Below, one piece after another: positions 46,567-56,338 of a stretch of DNA of 64,000 bases; within the stretch, counting starts at the first letter, position 1, and every line of letters starts with the position of its first letter. A model generated the notes under the pieces. The model saw only the letters and a program-made list of their open reading frames with translations. It had not been told where the DNA came from and searched no databases. The stretch lies in the NCBI GenBank assembly GCA_021832345.1, contig JAKBKY010000001.1, forward strand, positions 22,385-86,384, read 5' to 3'. Made by a program: the position numbers and the translations under genes. The DNA comes from a bacterium. GTDB taxonomy: Bacteria; Vulcanimicrobiota; Vulcanimicrobiia; Vulcanimicrobiales; Vulcanimicrobiaceae.

Positions 46567-48615
46567 TCAAATCGCGCGGCCCGGGGAGGTTCCGCACCGA
46601 TCGCCCACACCCTTGCCGTCGAGCACCGCAAGCGGCACAAGGGCCATCTCGCCCGGGAGCTCCGCATAGGCATAGACATCGGCCGCCATCCCGGAACCTG
46701 CCAGCAACTGCGCCATCGCTGCCCGCAACGCCGCCGTGCAGACCACGACCGGGCGATGGCCCTCCAGTGCCGCTAGGAGCGCATTGCGCAGCGCGATCGC
46801 CGCCCCCGGCTCCGGCGCCTCGCCTTCCCAGGTGCCGAGGAGCTGCCGCTCGTAACCGGGGTCGAACACCACCGCCTCCAACCGTTCCACGCCGCCGCGG
46901 CGCAGCAACGTTGGAACCAACGCCCGGCGCGCCGCCTCGGCAAGCTCCACGGGATCGCGGCAGCCGCTGTCGATCATCGCCTCGAGCGCCCCCACCGGAT
47001 CGCGCGGCCAGATGCGCTCGCGCAGCAGCAGGGTGAAGGCCTTATGGACGGCGGGCAGGGGCAGCCCGTCGGCGCCGATCTCCTTCACCAGCGCCGGCAC
47101 CGCGGAACGTAGGTGTTCGAGGAGCGTTTGGAGCTCCTGGCGCCCCAGCAGAGCGGCCGCGCGCCGCCGAGCGACCTCCGCTAAGTGCGAACCCAAGACC
47201 GAGACCGCATCGAAGACCAGCGCGCCGCGCGCCTGGGCGCTCTCACGCCGCGCAGGGTCGATCCAGGCCGCCGGCAGTCCGTAGACCGGCTCCTCGACCG
47301 GCTCGCCGCCCAGGCCTACAAGCACCTGCGGTTCGGCGACCGCCAGCATCGCCTCCAGACGCAAGCGCCCTTCGCCTGCCAGTTCGTCGCGCACGCGAAT
47401 GGCGTAGGTGTCCGGATCGCGCGCCAGATCGTCACGCAGGCGCACTCCGGGCAGCAGGACGCCGATCTCACCCGCCAGCGCCCGCCGGACCTCGCCCACG
47501 CGATCTAAGAGCGCATCGGCGAGCGGCGCCTCCAAGAGCTGCAGCAGGTTTGCGCCCATCTCGATGGCCACCGCATCGACGCCGACCAAACCCAGGGCCA
47601 CCTCGGGGCGACGCAGCGCTTGGCGCCTGTCGCGCGCACGGCTATCGAGTGCCGTCGCCAGTTCCGCTCGACGGCGCCGGCGCGCGGCCTCCGCCGCGAG
47701 AAACGCCAGCGCCCCCAGCAGCAAGAAGACCGGGCGCGGCAGTCCGGGGACGAACGAGAGCACCAGCAGCAACGCGCCGGCACTGCGCAGGATCTCCGGC
47801 CGCGCAAAGAGCTGCGCGGCGAGATCCGTTCCAAGGGCGCCGTCCGAGGCGACCCGCGTCACCATCATTCCCATCGCCGTCGAGATCAGGAACGCCGGTA
47901 GCGTCGTGACCAAGGCGTTGCCGATGGAGAGCAACGCGAAGGTCTGCAGTGACTGCAGCGGCGAGAGCGCGTGGTACGCGATGCCGACGATCACCCCGCC
48001 GACCAGATTCAAGCCGACGATCACCAGAGCCGCCACCGCATCGCCTTTGACGAACTTCCCCGCACCGTCCATCGCACCGTAGAAATCGGCTTCGCGTTGG
48101 ACGATCTCGCGCTTGCGCCGTGCGCCGTCGGCATCGAGCGCACCGGCATGCACGTCGGCGTCGATCGCCATCTGCTTGCCGGGCATGGCGTCGAGCGTAA
48201 AGCGAGCGGCGACCTCCGCCACGCGCTGCGAACCGCTCGCGATGACCACAAACTGAATCGTGATGAGAATGGCAAAGACGATCAGCCCAACGACCAAGTT
48301 CCCACGCACCACGAAATCCCCAAAGGCGGGGATGATGGCGCCGACGCCGCCGGGCGTCGCGCCGCGCGTGAGTATCAAGCGCGTCGCCGAGACGTCGAGC
48401 GAGAGGCGAAAGAGCGTGGCTACCAACAGGGCCGGAGCAAAGGCCGAGAACTCAAGAGGGTCTTCGACCGTCACCGCCAGCAACAAGACCAACGCCGACG
48501 CAAAGATGTTGACGGCCAGGAGCAGATCGAGCAGCGGCGGCGGAAGCGGGACGATCAGGATCGCGACAATCGAGAGCAAGACGCCGGCAAACCCATAGAC
48601 CGGAACGCGGCTCAC
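46567..48615 (-). CDS. flhA: Flagellar/type-III export apparatus protein FlhA
   Basis: FHIPEP family. Eight-TM N-terminal region plus cytoplasmic domain. Confidence 0.9.
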   Translation of the reverse strand: MSRVPVYGFAGVLLSIVAILIVPLPPPLLDLLLAVNIFASALVLLLAVTVEDPLEFSAFAPALLVATLFRLSLDVSATRLILTRGATPGGVGAIIPAFGDFVVRGNLVVGLIVFAILITIQFVVIASGSQRVAEVAARFTLDAMPGKQMAIDADVHAGALDADGARRKREIVQREADFYGAMDGAGKFVKGDAVAALVIVGLNLVGGVIVGIAYHALSPLQSLQTFALLSIGNALVTTLPAFLISTAMGMMVTRVASDGALGTDLAAQLFARPEILRSAGALLLVLSFVPGLPRPVFLLLGALAFLAAEAARRRRRAELATALDSRARDRRQALRRPEVALGLVGVDAVAIEMGANLLQLLEAPLADALLDRVGEVRRALAGEIGVLLPGVRLRDDLARDPDTYAIRVRDELAGEGRLRLEAMLAVAEPQVLVGLGGEPVEEPVYGLPAAWIDPARRESAQARGALVFDAVSVLGSHLAEVARRRAAALLGRQELQTLLEHLRSAVPALVKEIGADGLPLPAVHKAFTLLLRERIWPRDPVGALEAMIDSGCRDPVELAEAARRALVPTLLRRGGVERLEAVVFDPGYERQLLGTWEGEAPEPGAAIALRNALLAALEGHRPVVVCTAALRAAMAQLLAGSGMAADVYAYAELPGEMALVPLAVLDGKGVGDRCGTSPGRAI

Positions 48616-49625
48616 CCTGCAAGCGCCCCGCTACGAATCAACGCGCAGACCACTTCGGCCACCGCGATGAACTGCTCGGCCGGGATCACCTCGCCCGGTC
48701 GCGCGCTCACATACAAGATGCGCGCGAGTGCCACGTTCTCGATGACCGGAATGTGGCATTCCTCGGCGAGTTGCCGGGCACGCAAAGCAGCGGCGTCGGC
48801 AGCGCGGACCAGTACGCGCGGGACCGGCTCCCGCGGCGGATCGTACGCCAGCGCAATCGCGACATGGGTTGGATTGACGAGCAGAAACGCGGCTTCGCGC
48901 ACGCGCGCCACGGCTTCACGCGAAAGCGATCGATGCGCCGCCAGGCGACGCCCGCGCGTATGAGGGTCTCCCTCTTGCTCGCGCATATCGCGCCGGAACT
49001 CTTCGAAGGTCATGCGCAGGCGCGCCGACCAGCGCCGTCGCGCAAGCGCTAGGTCAATCAACGCGAAGGCCGCACCCACCGCACAGGTCGCGCCCATCGC
49101 CGCGAGCGCCCCGTTCCAAGCACCTGCGGCCGATGCGGTCGGGTTGGCGTCACGCGTCGCAGCAGCGAGTGCTCCAAGGAGAATCGGCCGCAACGCGAGC
49201 GCCGCAATCGCGAAGGCCACAAGCGCGCGCAGCATCTGCACGACCGTTTCGCGCGACGCGATGCGCTTGAGCCCTTCCAACGGGTTGAGCCGCTCGAGCT
49301 TCAGCGTGGGAGCGACGATGTGCACCCCGCCGACCTGCGCGAATCCCACCAGCGCGGCAGCCAGCGCTCCGGCGGCAACCGGGAGGAGCGCGTACGCGCC
49401 CAGCACCGCATAGGCGGCACCGTCGATGCGCCCGTACGCCGCGGCGTTCAGGGCCGGCCGCAACGCGGAGCCGAGCAACGGAACGAACGCAACCACGACC
49501 GCTGCAGCGGCGCAGAAGGCAGCGACGGCACTCACCTCGCTCGAGCGCGCTACGTTGCCGTCGGCACGAGCCTTGCGCAAGCGCGAAGGCGTCGCCTCGA
49601 AACGCTTCTCACCCTCATCGCTCAC
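48612..49625 (-). CDS. flhB: Flagellar export protein FlhB
   Basis: NPTH autocleavage motif (LLVNPTHVAIAL). Confidence 0.9.
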   Translation of the reverse strand: MSDEGEKRFEATPSRLRKARADGNVARSSEVSAVAAFCAAAAVVVAFVPLLGSALRPALNAAAYGRIDGAAYAVLGAYALLPVAAGALAAALVGFAQVGGVHIVAPTLKLERLNPLEGLKRIASRETVVQMLRALVAFAIAALALRPILLGALAAATRDANPTASAAGAWNGALAAMGATCAVGAAFALIDLALARRRWSARLRMTFEEFRRDMREQEGDPHTRGRRLAAHRSLSREAVARVREAAFLLVNPTHVAIALAYDPPREPVPRVLVRAADAAALRARQLAEECHIPVIENVALARILYVSARPGEVIPAEQFIAVAEVVCALIRSGALAG

Positions 49626-50341
49626 CGCACGGCACCTGCCGGCAACGCAAGCAACGGATGCGTCGCCAGGAGCAGTAAGGCGGGCACGGCTACCACCGTC
49701 GCGATCAAGGCGGCGGCATACACCAGCGGAAAGGAGAGCGAGAAGCCGCCAAAACGCGGAACCGTGCGCGAGATCGCGCCGAGCGCTATCTGAACGACGA
49801 AAGCGAGTGCCAGCGCCGGCGCCGCGACCGCCAGCGCCGTCTCGACGATCGTCGCCGGCAGGAGCAACGCATAGGCCCAGAGACCCTGGGCGCTTGGAAC
49901 CGCACCGACGGGCAGACGGTCGAAGCTCTGCGCAAAGGCGAGAATCACGACGCGGTAGACGCCCAGCAAGAAGAATGCGCCGGTGAAGGCCAGCGACCAG
50001 ATGCGCCCATAGCCGCTGGGCGCAACCAGATCGATGCTCGGTGCGATCGCACGAATCCCGACGTAATCGTCGATGAGCCGGCCACCGGCATAGGCGCCGT
50101 CGTAGACGAGCGCTGCAGCAAAGCCGACGGCGGAGCCGATTCCAAACTCCATCGCAAGAGCCACGAGCAGGGGGCCTGTGGCGACCACGTGCGTGTCATG
50201 GAGGCGCGGCAAGACGGCGAGCGTCAACGCGAGCGCCATCAGCGCGCGAACCGTAGGTGGAACGCTGGGATGCGAAAGCCCGGGTGCGCGAAAGGCAAAT
50301 CCCGCGCACCGCACAAAGGCGAGCAGCGCGCTCGCAATCAC
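49622..50341 (-). CDS. fliR: Flagellar export protein FliR
   Basis: Polytopic membrane protein, adjacent to fliQ in an fliPQR-flhBA cluster (fliP separated by the intervening metF). Confidence 0.85.
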   Translation of the reverse strand: MIASALLAFVRCAGFAFRAPGLSHPSVPPTVRALMALALTLAVLPRLHDTHVVATGPLLVALAMEFGIGSAVGFAAALVYDGAYAGGRLIDDYVGIRAIAPSIDLVAPSGYGRIWSLAFTGAFFLLGVYRVVILAFAQSFDRLPVGAVPSAQGLWAYALLLPATIVETALAVAAPALALAFVVQIALGAISRTVPRFGGFSLSFPLVYAAALIATVVAVPALLLLATHPLLALPAGAVR

Positions 50342-50613
50342 GGTCCGTTCGCGATGCGCGGCAACGCCGCAACGACGTCGGTCAAGAGACCGGCACAGAG
50401 GCGCATCCCAAACGCCCCGAAGAGCGCGATCAATCCACCGACGAAGAGCAGTTTCGGAAGAGCGGTGAGCGTCTGCTCCTGGACCTGTGTGGCCGCCTGC
50501 ACGACGGCGACCGCCGTGCCGACGATCGCGGCCAGCCCCAAGACCGGTAAGGCGAGCAATGCAACGACGCCCAACGTCTCGCGCAGCAATGCATCGAAGG
50601 TCTCCATGGGCAC
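50338..50613 (-). CDS. fliQ: Flagellar export protein FliQ
   Basis: 91-aa two-TM protein. Confidence 0.85.
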   Translation of the reverse strand: MPMETFDALLRETLGVVALLALPVLGLAAIVGTAVAVVQAATQVQEQTLTALPKLLFVGGLIALFGAFGMRLCAGLLTDVVAALPRIANGP

Positions 50614-50678
50614 GAGCCTAGGGCACGCACGTTGCCGTAGGACGTCAGCGCGATGAACGCCGCGTGACGCTCGGCGAA

Positions 50679-51566
50679 CTAGCTAAACGATGCGCGCCAG
50701 GCCGATGCCGCCAGCAGCGCGGAGACGATGGCGCGCGTCGCGGGGGAGCGATTGAGCGTATAGAAGTGGACGCCCGGAGCGCCTCGGCGCAGCAGGTCGG
50801 TGCATTGCAGCGTCGCGTAGGCGACGCCGAGATCCTCCACGGCGCCGGGTTCATCGCGGCGCGCATCGAGTTCGACGCGCAGCTTCGGCGGGATCGAGGC
50901 GCCGCACATCGCGATGAACCGATCGATCTGGCGATAGTCGGTAATCGGCATCACGCCGGGGAGAATCGGAACGCGAATCCCGGCTTGCCGCGCCCGCGCC
51001 ACAAACGCAAAGTAGGCGTCGTTGTCAAAGAAGAGCTGCGTGATGAGGAACTGCGCGCCGGCCTGCACCTTCTCGACGAGATGCTGTAGGTCGCTCTGCG
51101 CGTCAGCAGCTTCAACATGCGTCTCCGGATAACACGCCGCGCCGATGCAGAAGTGATAGTTGCGCGCCAGCATGGCGATCAGCTCGCCTGCATGTTGGAA
51201 TCCACCCGAGGCCGAGTCGGCGGCTTCGCCTTTGGGTGGGTCCCCGCGCAGCGCCAGGACGTTCTCGATCCCCGCTCGCGAAAGATCGTCGAAGAGCGCG
51301 CGCAACTGCGCGCGCTCGGCACCCACGCAGGTCGCATGAGCCAAAACGCCCAGACCGAGATCCTGGCGAATGCGCTTGGCCAATCCAACCGTGCGGGCGC
51401 GCGCCGACCCACCGGCTCCGTAGGTGACCGAGACGAACGCTGGGCGCAGCGGGCGCAAAGCCTCGATCGTCGCAAAGAGCGCAACCTCTCCGGCGTCATC
51501 CTTCGGCGGAAAGAACTCGAAGGAGAAGAACGGGCGCGCCGTCGCCAGGGCTTCGTCGATGCGCAT
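50679..51566 (-). CDS. metF: 5,10-methylenetetrahydrofolate reductase
   Basis: FSFEFFPPK...VSVTYGAGGS N-terminal signature and a TIM-barrel. Embedded between fliQ and fliP. Confidence 0.85.
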   Translation of the reverse strand: MRIDEALATARPFFSFEFFPPKDDAGEVALFATIEALRPLRPAFVSVTYGAGGSARARTVGLAKRIRQDLGLGVLAHATCVGAERAQLRALFDDLSRAGIENVLALRGDPPKGEAADSASGGFQHAGELIAMLARNYHFCIGAACYPETHVEAADAQSDLQHLVEKVQAGAQFLITQLFFDNDAYFAFVARARQAGIRVPILPGVMPITDYRQIDRFIAMCGASIPPKLRVELDARRDEPGAVEDLGVAYATLQCTDLLRRGAPGVHFYTLNRSPATRAIVSALLAASAWRASFS

Positions 51567-51577
51567 CCCCGCACTCT

Positions 51578-52234
51578 TTATCGAAAACTCGCGACGACGC
51601 CTCCGCAGACCAGCGCCCAACCATCGGCCATGACGAAGAGCAGGAGTTTGACCGGCAGCGAGACGACCGGCGGGCTGAGCATCACCATCCCGAGCCCCAT
51701 GAGAATTGCCGCCACCACCAGGTCGATGGCGACGAAGGGCAGATAGAGAGCAAAGCCGATGGCAAAGGCACTGCGCAACTCGCCGACGACGAAGGCCGGC
51801 ACCAAGATATCCAGCGGTGCGCGTTGCGGATCGACCCGGGCATGGCGAGCGACCCTCTCAAAGAGCGACAGATCGGCGACGCGCGCTTGGCGCAGCATGA
51901 AGCTGCGCAACGGCTCCGCGGCTCGCTCCAGCGCCTGCGAAGGCAGCAGTTGTCCGCGCGCATAGGGAGCGATGGCCTCGCGTGCGACGCGATCGAAGGT
52001 GGGGCCCATCGTCACGCCGGTCAACACGAGCGCGAGCCCCGCAAGCACCGCGTTCGGCGGCAGCGCCGAGGCACCGAGCGCCGAGCGCACGAGCGAAAGC
52101 ACCACCACGATCCGCACGAACGACGTGCATGTCACGAGCAGCAGCGGGATAATGGAGAGCAGCGTCAAGCCGGCCAATACGTCTAAGGGCATCGTCGCAT
52201 GTGAGCGGTCGACGGCGCTGAGAAGTTCCTGCAT
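51578..52234 (-). CDS. fliP: Flagellar export protein FliP
   Basis: FliP family; four TM segments. Confidence 0.9.
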   Translation of the reverse strand: MQELLSAVDRSHATMPLDVLAGLTLLSIIPLLLVTCTSFVRIVVVLSLVRSALGASALPPNAVLAGLALVLTGVTMGPTFDRVAREAIAPYARGQLLPSQALERAAEPLRSFMLRQARVADLSLFERVARHARVDPQRAPLDILVPAFVVGELRSAFAIGFALYLPFVAIDLVVAAILMGLGMVMLSPPVVSLPVKLLLFVMADGWALVCGGVVASFR

Positions 52235-52304
52235 GCAACGAGGGTAACGCCCCGGCGTTACCCTCGTGTTACCACTGCGTGGCGCCCACGCGCCGGTGCC
52301 TACA

Positions 52305-52580
52305 CTACGTTGGACGAGCGATCAACTCGGTGATGCGCACACCGAAGTTCTCGTCGACCGCCACGACTTCGCCGCGCGCAACGAGGCGCTCGTTCACCAA
52401 GAGATCGACGGGACCGCCGGCGAGCCGGTCGAGTTCGATGATCGAACCCGTCCCAAGTTTGAGGACCTCCTCCACCGACATACGGCACTTGCCCAGCTCC
52501 GCTGTAATCTGCAACGGAACGTGCATGAGGACGTCGAGATTGGCGCTCGGGCCGTTCTTCTTCTTTGGATCGGATGCCAT
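52305..52580 (-). CDS. fliN: Flagellar motor switch protein FliN (SpoA domain)
   Basis: SpoA/FliN C-terminal domain (LPLQITAELGKCRMSVEEVLKLGTGSIIELD). Confidence 0.8.
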   Translation of the reverse strand: MASDPKKKNGPSANLDVLMHVPLQITAELGKCRMSVEEVLKLGTGSIIELDRLAGGPVDLLVNERLVARGEVVAVDENFGVRITELIARPT

Positions 52581-52595
52581 CGGTTGCTCTCTCCC

Positions 52596-53363
52596 CTATT
52601 CGTGCGCGAAATCCTGGTTTATCCGCAGCGCCGCGCGACCGCCGCGAGCGCCGGCCTCCCCGGTGAGCAGCGTCCGCGCCCCCAGGCGCAGCTGGGCCCG
52701 CTGGAGATTCACGGGGGCAAGCACCGCACCGGGTTCCAGGGCGCAGAGCAGGCCGGCCGGTCGTTCACCGGCGGGCAGGAGGACCGCCAGCTCCACTTCG
52801 ACGTCGCCGAGGTCCTCAAGGCGAACGGTCGCGCGGACCTCGCTCGTAGGTTCGCGTGTCAGCGCGATGCCGATCCGCGCACATGACGCACCCACCAACT
52901 CCAACTCGAAGTACGAAACGAACCCGCTGCACCCGCTGCACGCTTCCAGCGCCGGCATCTGCGAGAAACCACAGACCGGAGCCAGGGCGCCAGACACCGC
53001 CGCAACGGCACGCTCCACCACGCGGCGTTCCACCGCCGAGAGCGCACGGTCGCTGCCTCCCGGCTCGCCGAACGCGGCGTGTGCCAACGCGCCCGCATCC
53101 TCCGGGCGTAGGACCACGGCGGCGTCGCTCGCCGGCCCGCGCACGCGATAGGCGAGGGCGCCCGCAAAGATGGCCTGCCATGCCGTCGGACTGGGCACGA
53201 GCGGTTCGAACAAGCGCACCTCAAGCGGCGCGGCCAGCAACGCGCTCAGCGTTTCACGAACGCCGTTGGCGACCACGCAGGCCGCCGCGACCGGCAGTTG
53301 CGAACGCGCTTCAAAGTGCGCCGGGCGCACGCCCCTGCCCGGTTCGAACGCCAAGAACTTCAC
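52596..53363 (-). CDS. Putative FliM-like switch protein (divergent, lacks N-terminal CheY-binding segment)
   Basis: Call rests on its position between the rod-protein gene and fliN, and its CheC/FliM-like size. Only weak direct similarity is visible. Confidence 0.4.
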   Translation of the reverse strand: MKFLAFEPGRGVRPAHFEARSQLPVAAACVVANGVRETLSALLAAPLEVRLFEPLVPSPTAWQAIFAGALAYRVRGPASDAAVVLRPEDAGALAHAAFGEPGGSDRALSAVERRVVERAVAAVSGALAPVCGFSQMPALEACSGCSGFVSYFELELVGASCARIGIALTREPTSEVRATVRLEDLGDVEVELAVLLPAGERPAGLLCALEPGAVLAPVNLQRAQLRLGARTLLTGEAGARGGRAALRINQDFAHE

Positions 53364-54106
53364 TTCAGCAGGTCGATTGCCGTTTTGCTGACGCCCGCGC
53401 GAGCGACCTGCGCCGCGCGCATCGCATCCAGCGCCAAATAGGCTTGACGCAGACGATCCAGGCTGCGATCGGTATCGATGCCGCCTTCGTCGCGGGCAAA
53501 CGGCTCGAGCGAGCCGAAGTTCCCGTCGCCCGGCCGGCCGACATGCGGGACGATGCCCACCGGCGCGCCGCCGTGCGATGCATCGACGGGCTCGAGGCGC
53601 GTTCCGGCGGGAAAGCGCGCCAACAGGATGCGCCCAACGACGACACGCTGCTGCGCAGCCGTACCCGTCCGCGGTTCGACCACGCGACGATCGTAGACCA
53701 GATGCCCATCCGCTTCGATGCGCAGATCGCGCGCTCGGCCCAGCGCCACATCCACGGGATCGATGCGCAGCTCCTGAGGCATCGGCTCGCCGCCCACGGT
53801 GCCGAGCACCGGCCGCCCCGATCCGTCGACGAGCCGGCCATCGTGCACCGCGAGGCTGCCGTCACGCGTGTAGCTACGCCGCCCGTCGCTGCCGTTCGTC
53901 AGAAAGTACGCATCGGCAGGGGCAACGACGGAGAGCGGGTCAAGCATCGGCCGCGATGCCGTATGTGTGCGCGCTACATCATCGTTGCGCGCTCTGGCAC
54001 CGGGGCGATACGCATTGTCGGCATCGGCTTGGCGCGAGAGTACCCGAGCTTGCGCGAGAGAGACCGCCGGATCAACGTACATCGTCACGCACCTGCGTAC
54101 GAACAT
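53360..54106 (-). CDS. Flagellar rod/hook-family protein (divergent)
   Basis: DGS..YTRDGSLAVHDGRLVDGSGRPVLG and a C-terminal flg-rod-like segment. Confidence 0.45.
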   Translation of the reverse strand: MFVRRCVTMYVDPAVSLAQARVLSRQADADNAYRPGARARNDDVARTHTASRPMLDPLSVVAPADAYFLTNGSDGRRSYTRDGSLAVHDGRLVDGSGRPVLGTVGGEPMPQELRIDPVDVALGRARDLRIEADGHLVYDRRVVEPRTGTAAQQRVVVGRILLARFPAGTRLEPVDASHGGAPVGIVPHVGRPGDGNFGSLEPFARDEGGIDTDRSLDRLRQAYLALDAMRAAQVARAGVSKTAIDLLK

Positions 54107-54629
54107 CGAGCGTCATGCCGCGCCCGGCGAGCGCATAGCGCGCCTGCTCGAGCGCACTTGCGACCTCCCGGCGCGCGTTCGGCGCACAGAGCGCAACCAA
54201 CCGCGCACGCGGTCCGCGTACGTCCAGCACGACATGGATGCGGCCGAGCGAACCATCGAGCTTGAGCGTCGCGCGACGCACTCGCCGTTGCCGGCCTCCA
54301 AAAGTGCGTTCGATCGCCTGCGCCAAGCGCAGCCGGGCCGCTCGCCGGTCGACGATGCCTTCGCCGTGCACGTCGGCGTCACGGGTGAGCGCAACCGAGC
54401 CGACAGGTGAAGCCACGTGCGTCTGAGCGCATCGCAGCGGCACCCGCTGGGGCAAACGGCGTGATGGAGATGCCGGCCCTTGCTCACGGCTCGTCGCTGC
54501 TCCCGGCACCGTGACGCCGCGCTGCACGTGCAGCGCCGAATACCAAGCTTGCGAGAGCGTGCGGCGGTCGGTAGCCGCCAGCGGTGCGGTCAGGACGTCG
54601 TAGGCGATGCGACCAACAAAAGTGCTCAT
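54072..54629 (-). CDS. Hypothetical protein within flagellar cluster
   Basis: ORF with no identifiable domain. Overlaps its neighbours. Confidence 0.3.
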   Translation of the reverse strand: MSTFVGRIAYDVLTAPLAATDRRTLSQAWYSALHVQRGVTVPGAATSREQGPASPSRRLPQRVPLRCAQTHVASPVGSVALTRDADVHGEGIVDRRAARLRLAQAIERTFGGRQRRVRRATLKLDGSLGRIHVVLDVRGPRARLVALCAPNARREVASALEQARYALAGRGMTLDVRTQVRDDVR

Positions 54630-54828
54630 GCGGCGATGCTACGCCGCGCTCGTGAACGTCAGGTCGCTGCAGTGTTTCCGAGAGATTGTGGGAGGTTCCG
54701 TTCCAGTTTTCAAGACCTCCACATTGCAATCATTCCGTGATTGCGCTCATGTTCCGATCGAACGCGAGATAATCGCCGCCACCCAACCACCCGGCGAGCC
54801 CCGTTAAAAGTTTCACCCGGTGAGCTTG

Positions 54829-54858
54829 TTGACAGTCGAGGGATGAAACGGATATAGT
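54829..54858 (+). promoter_or_regulatory. Near-consensus sigma70 promoter TTGACA-N18-TATAGT for the Phd/VapC pair, with a 6-bp inverted repeat (agtcag/ctgact) over the -10/+1 region
   Basis: TTGACA at 54829-54834, TATAGT at 54853-54858, SD aggag, ATG at 54894. AT-richer segment. Confidence 0.5.
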
Positions 54859-54893
54859 CAGACCAGGGCTGACTAGTTTCAAGGAGATCCTGC

Positions 54894-55175
54894 ATGCGCA
54901 AACACGCCATTCGCAAGCCCAGCCGAAAAGAGGTCCCGTGGACGCTCACTGAAGCCAAGGCAAAGTTCAGTGCGCTCGTTGATGATGCGTTATGCGGAAA
55001 ACCTCAACGTGTGCTCCGCAACGGCCGCGAGGAAGTCGTCGTCGTGAATGCATCCACGTTCGACGCGCTCGCCAAGCCAAAACGATCCCTTATCGATCTC
55101 TTTTCGGCGTTGCGCGGCGTTGATATCGATCTCGATCGTCTTGAAGATGACACGCGAGAGGCTCCCAAATTTTGA
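54894..55175 (+). CDS. Phd/YefM-type antitoxin
   Basis: WTLTEAKAKFSALVDDALCGKPQRVLRNGREEVVVVNASTF (Phd fold). The stop overlaps the PIN toxin start. Confidence 0.7.
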   Translation: MRKHAIRKPSRKEVPWTLTEAKAKFSALVDDALCGKPQRVLRNGREEVVVVNASTFDALAKPKRSLIDLFSALRGVDIDLDRLEDDTREAPKF

Positions 55176-55603
55176 GCGGGTTTCTTCTCGATACGTGCGT
55201 GTTGTCGGAGTTCAAGGAGCCGAAACCGGATATCGGTTTGTATTCGTGGCTGGCCAACGTCGATGAAACGACGGCATTCATTAGCGCGATTACAATCGGC
55301 GAGTTGCGATTCGGAATTGCGCTTTTGCCGAACTCCGCGAATCGCCGTGAACTTGAACGCTGGCTTACCTCCGATGTCATGCTCAATTTTGCGGGGCGCA
55401 TCGTCGCGTTCGATCACCACGTGGCCGACCGCTGGGGAAAAATTCGGGCCCAGGCGCGTGCGCGAGGGAATACCGTTCCGGCAATCGACGCAATGCTCGC
55501 CGCAACCGCACAGCATCGAAACCTCACGATCGTGACCCGAAATGAGGCGCACTTCGCGATCACCGGCGTAACAGTCCTCAACCCCTGGACAAGCAAAACG
55601 TGA
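55172..55603 (+). CDS. vapC: VapC PIN-domain toxin
   Basis: LLDTCVLSE...TIGELRFG...AIDAMLAATA...TRNEAHF with conserved acidic residues. Confidence 0.85.
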   Translation: MSGFLLDTCVLSEFKEPKPDIGLYSWLANVDETTAFISAITIGELRFGIALLPNSANRRELERWLTSDVMLNFAGRIVAFDHHVADRWGKIRAQARARGNTVPAIDAMLAATAQHRNLTIVTRNEAHFAITGVTVLNPWTSKT

Positions 55604-55657
55604 GTTCGACCGCTTCACGATGCTCGTTGGTGCAGAGAACGGCGCCGCTCAGAGCGG

Positions 55658-56338
55658 CTACTGCGTCGGGTTCCGGCGATACTTCTCGTAGCTGGACAGA
55701 ACGTTCTGCACGTAGTTCTGCGTCTGTGCGTAGGGCGGAATGCCACCGTACTTTTCCACGGCCCCCGGCCCAGCGTTATACGCCGCAACCGCAAACGGAA
55801 CGTTCCCGCCGAAGCGATCGAGCAGACCGCGCAGGTACCGTGTGCCGCCCCAGACATTCTGCACCGGGTTGTAGGCATCGGTCACGCCTAACCCCGCAGC
55901 GGTCGAGGGCATGAGCTGCATCAACCCCTGCGCACCGACGTCCGAGGTCGCGTTCGCATTGAACCCCGATTCGTTGGCGATCACGGCTTTCACCAGCGCG
56001 GGATCGACGCCCCAGGTTGCGGCGTTGGCTGCCACAAGCTGATCGATCTGCGCGGGCGGCACCGGTGCAGGGCCTCCCGGCACGCTCGGGGTCTGCACAT
56101 CTGCCGACGCGAACGAATCCGACGTCGGAGGGCCTCCCGCCGAAGCCAGCGCATCGCGCACCAACTGGCGGAAACGCGTCGCGCCGACATCGGCGGCGTC
56201 GAGGATCGGCAGCCCGTCGGGACCGGCCGGAGCACCCACCGGCGACACGGTCGCGGCAGCCGGAGCGGGCGCCATGTCCATGCCGGTGATTTGCGCGATG
56301 CGCCGATCGATCGATGCCAAGTCGTGAGCGATGTTCAT
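55658..56338 (-). CDS. Lytic transglycosylase (SLT domain), likely flagellar rod-assembly associated
   Basis: ESGFNANATSDVGAQGLMQLMPSTA...AYNAGPG SLT motifs. Directly upstream of fliI. Confidence 0.8.
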   Translation of the reverse strand: MNIAHDLASIDRRIAQITGMDMAPAPAAATVSPVGAPAGPDGLPILDAADVGATRFRQLVRDALASAGGPPTSDSFASADVQTPSVPGGPAPVPPAQIDQLVAANAATWGVDPALVKAVIANESGFNANATSDVGAQGLMQLMPSTAAGLGVTDAYNPVQNVWGGTRYLRGLLDRFGGNVPFAVAAYNAGPGAVEKYGGIPPYAQTQNYVQNVLSSYEKYRRNPTQ

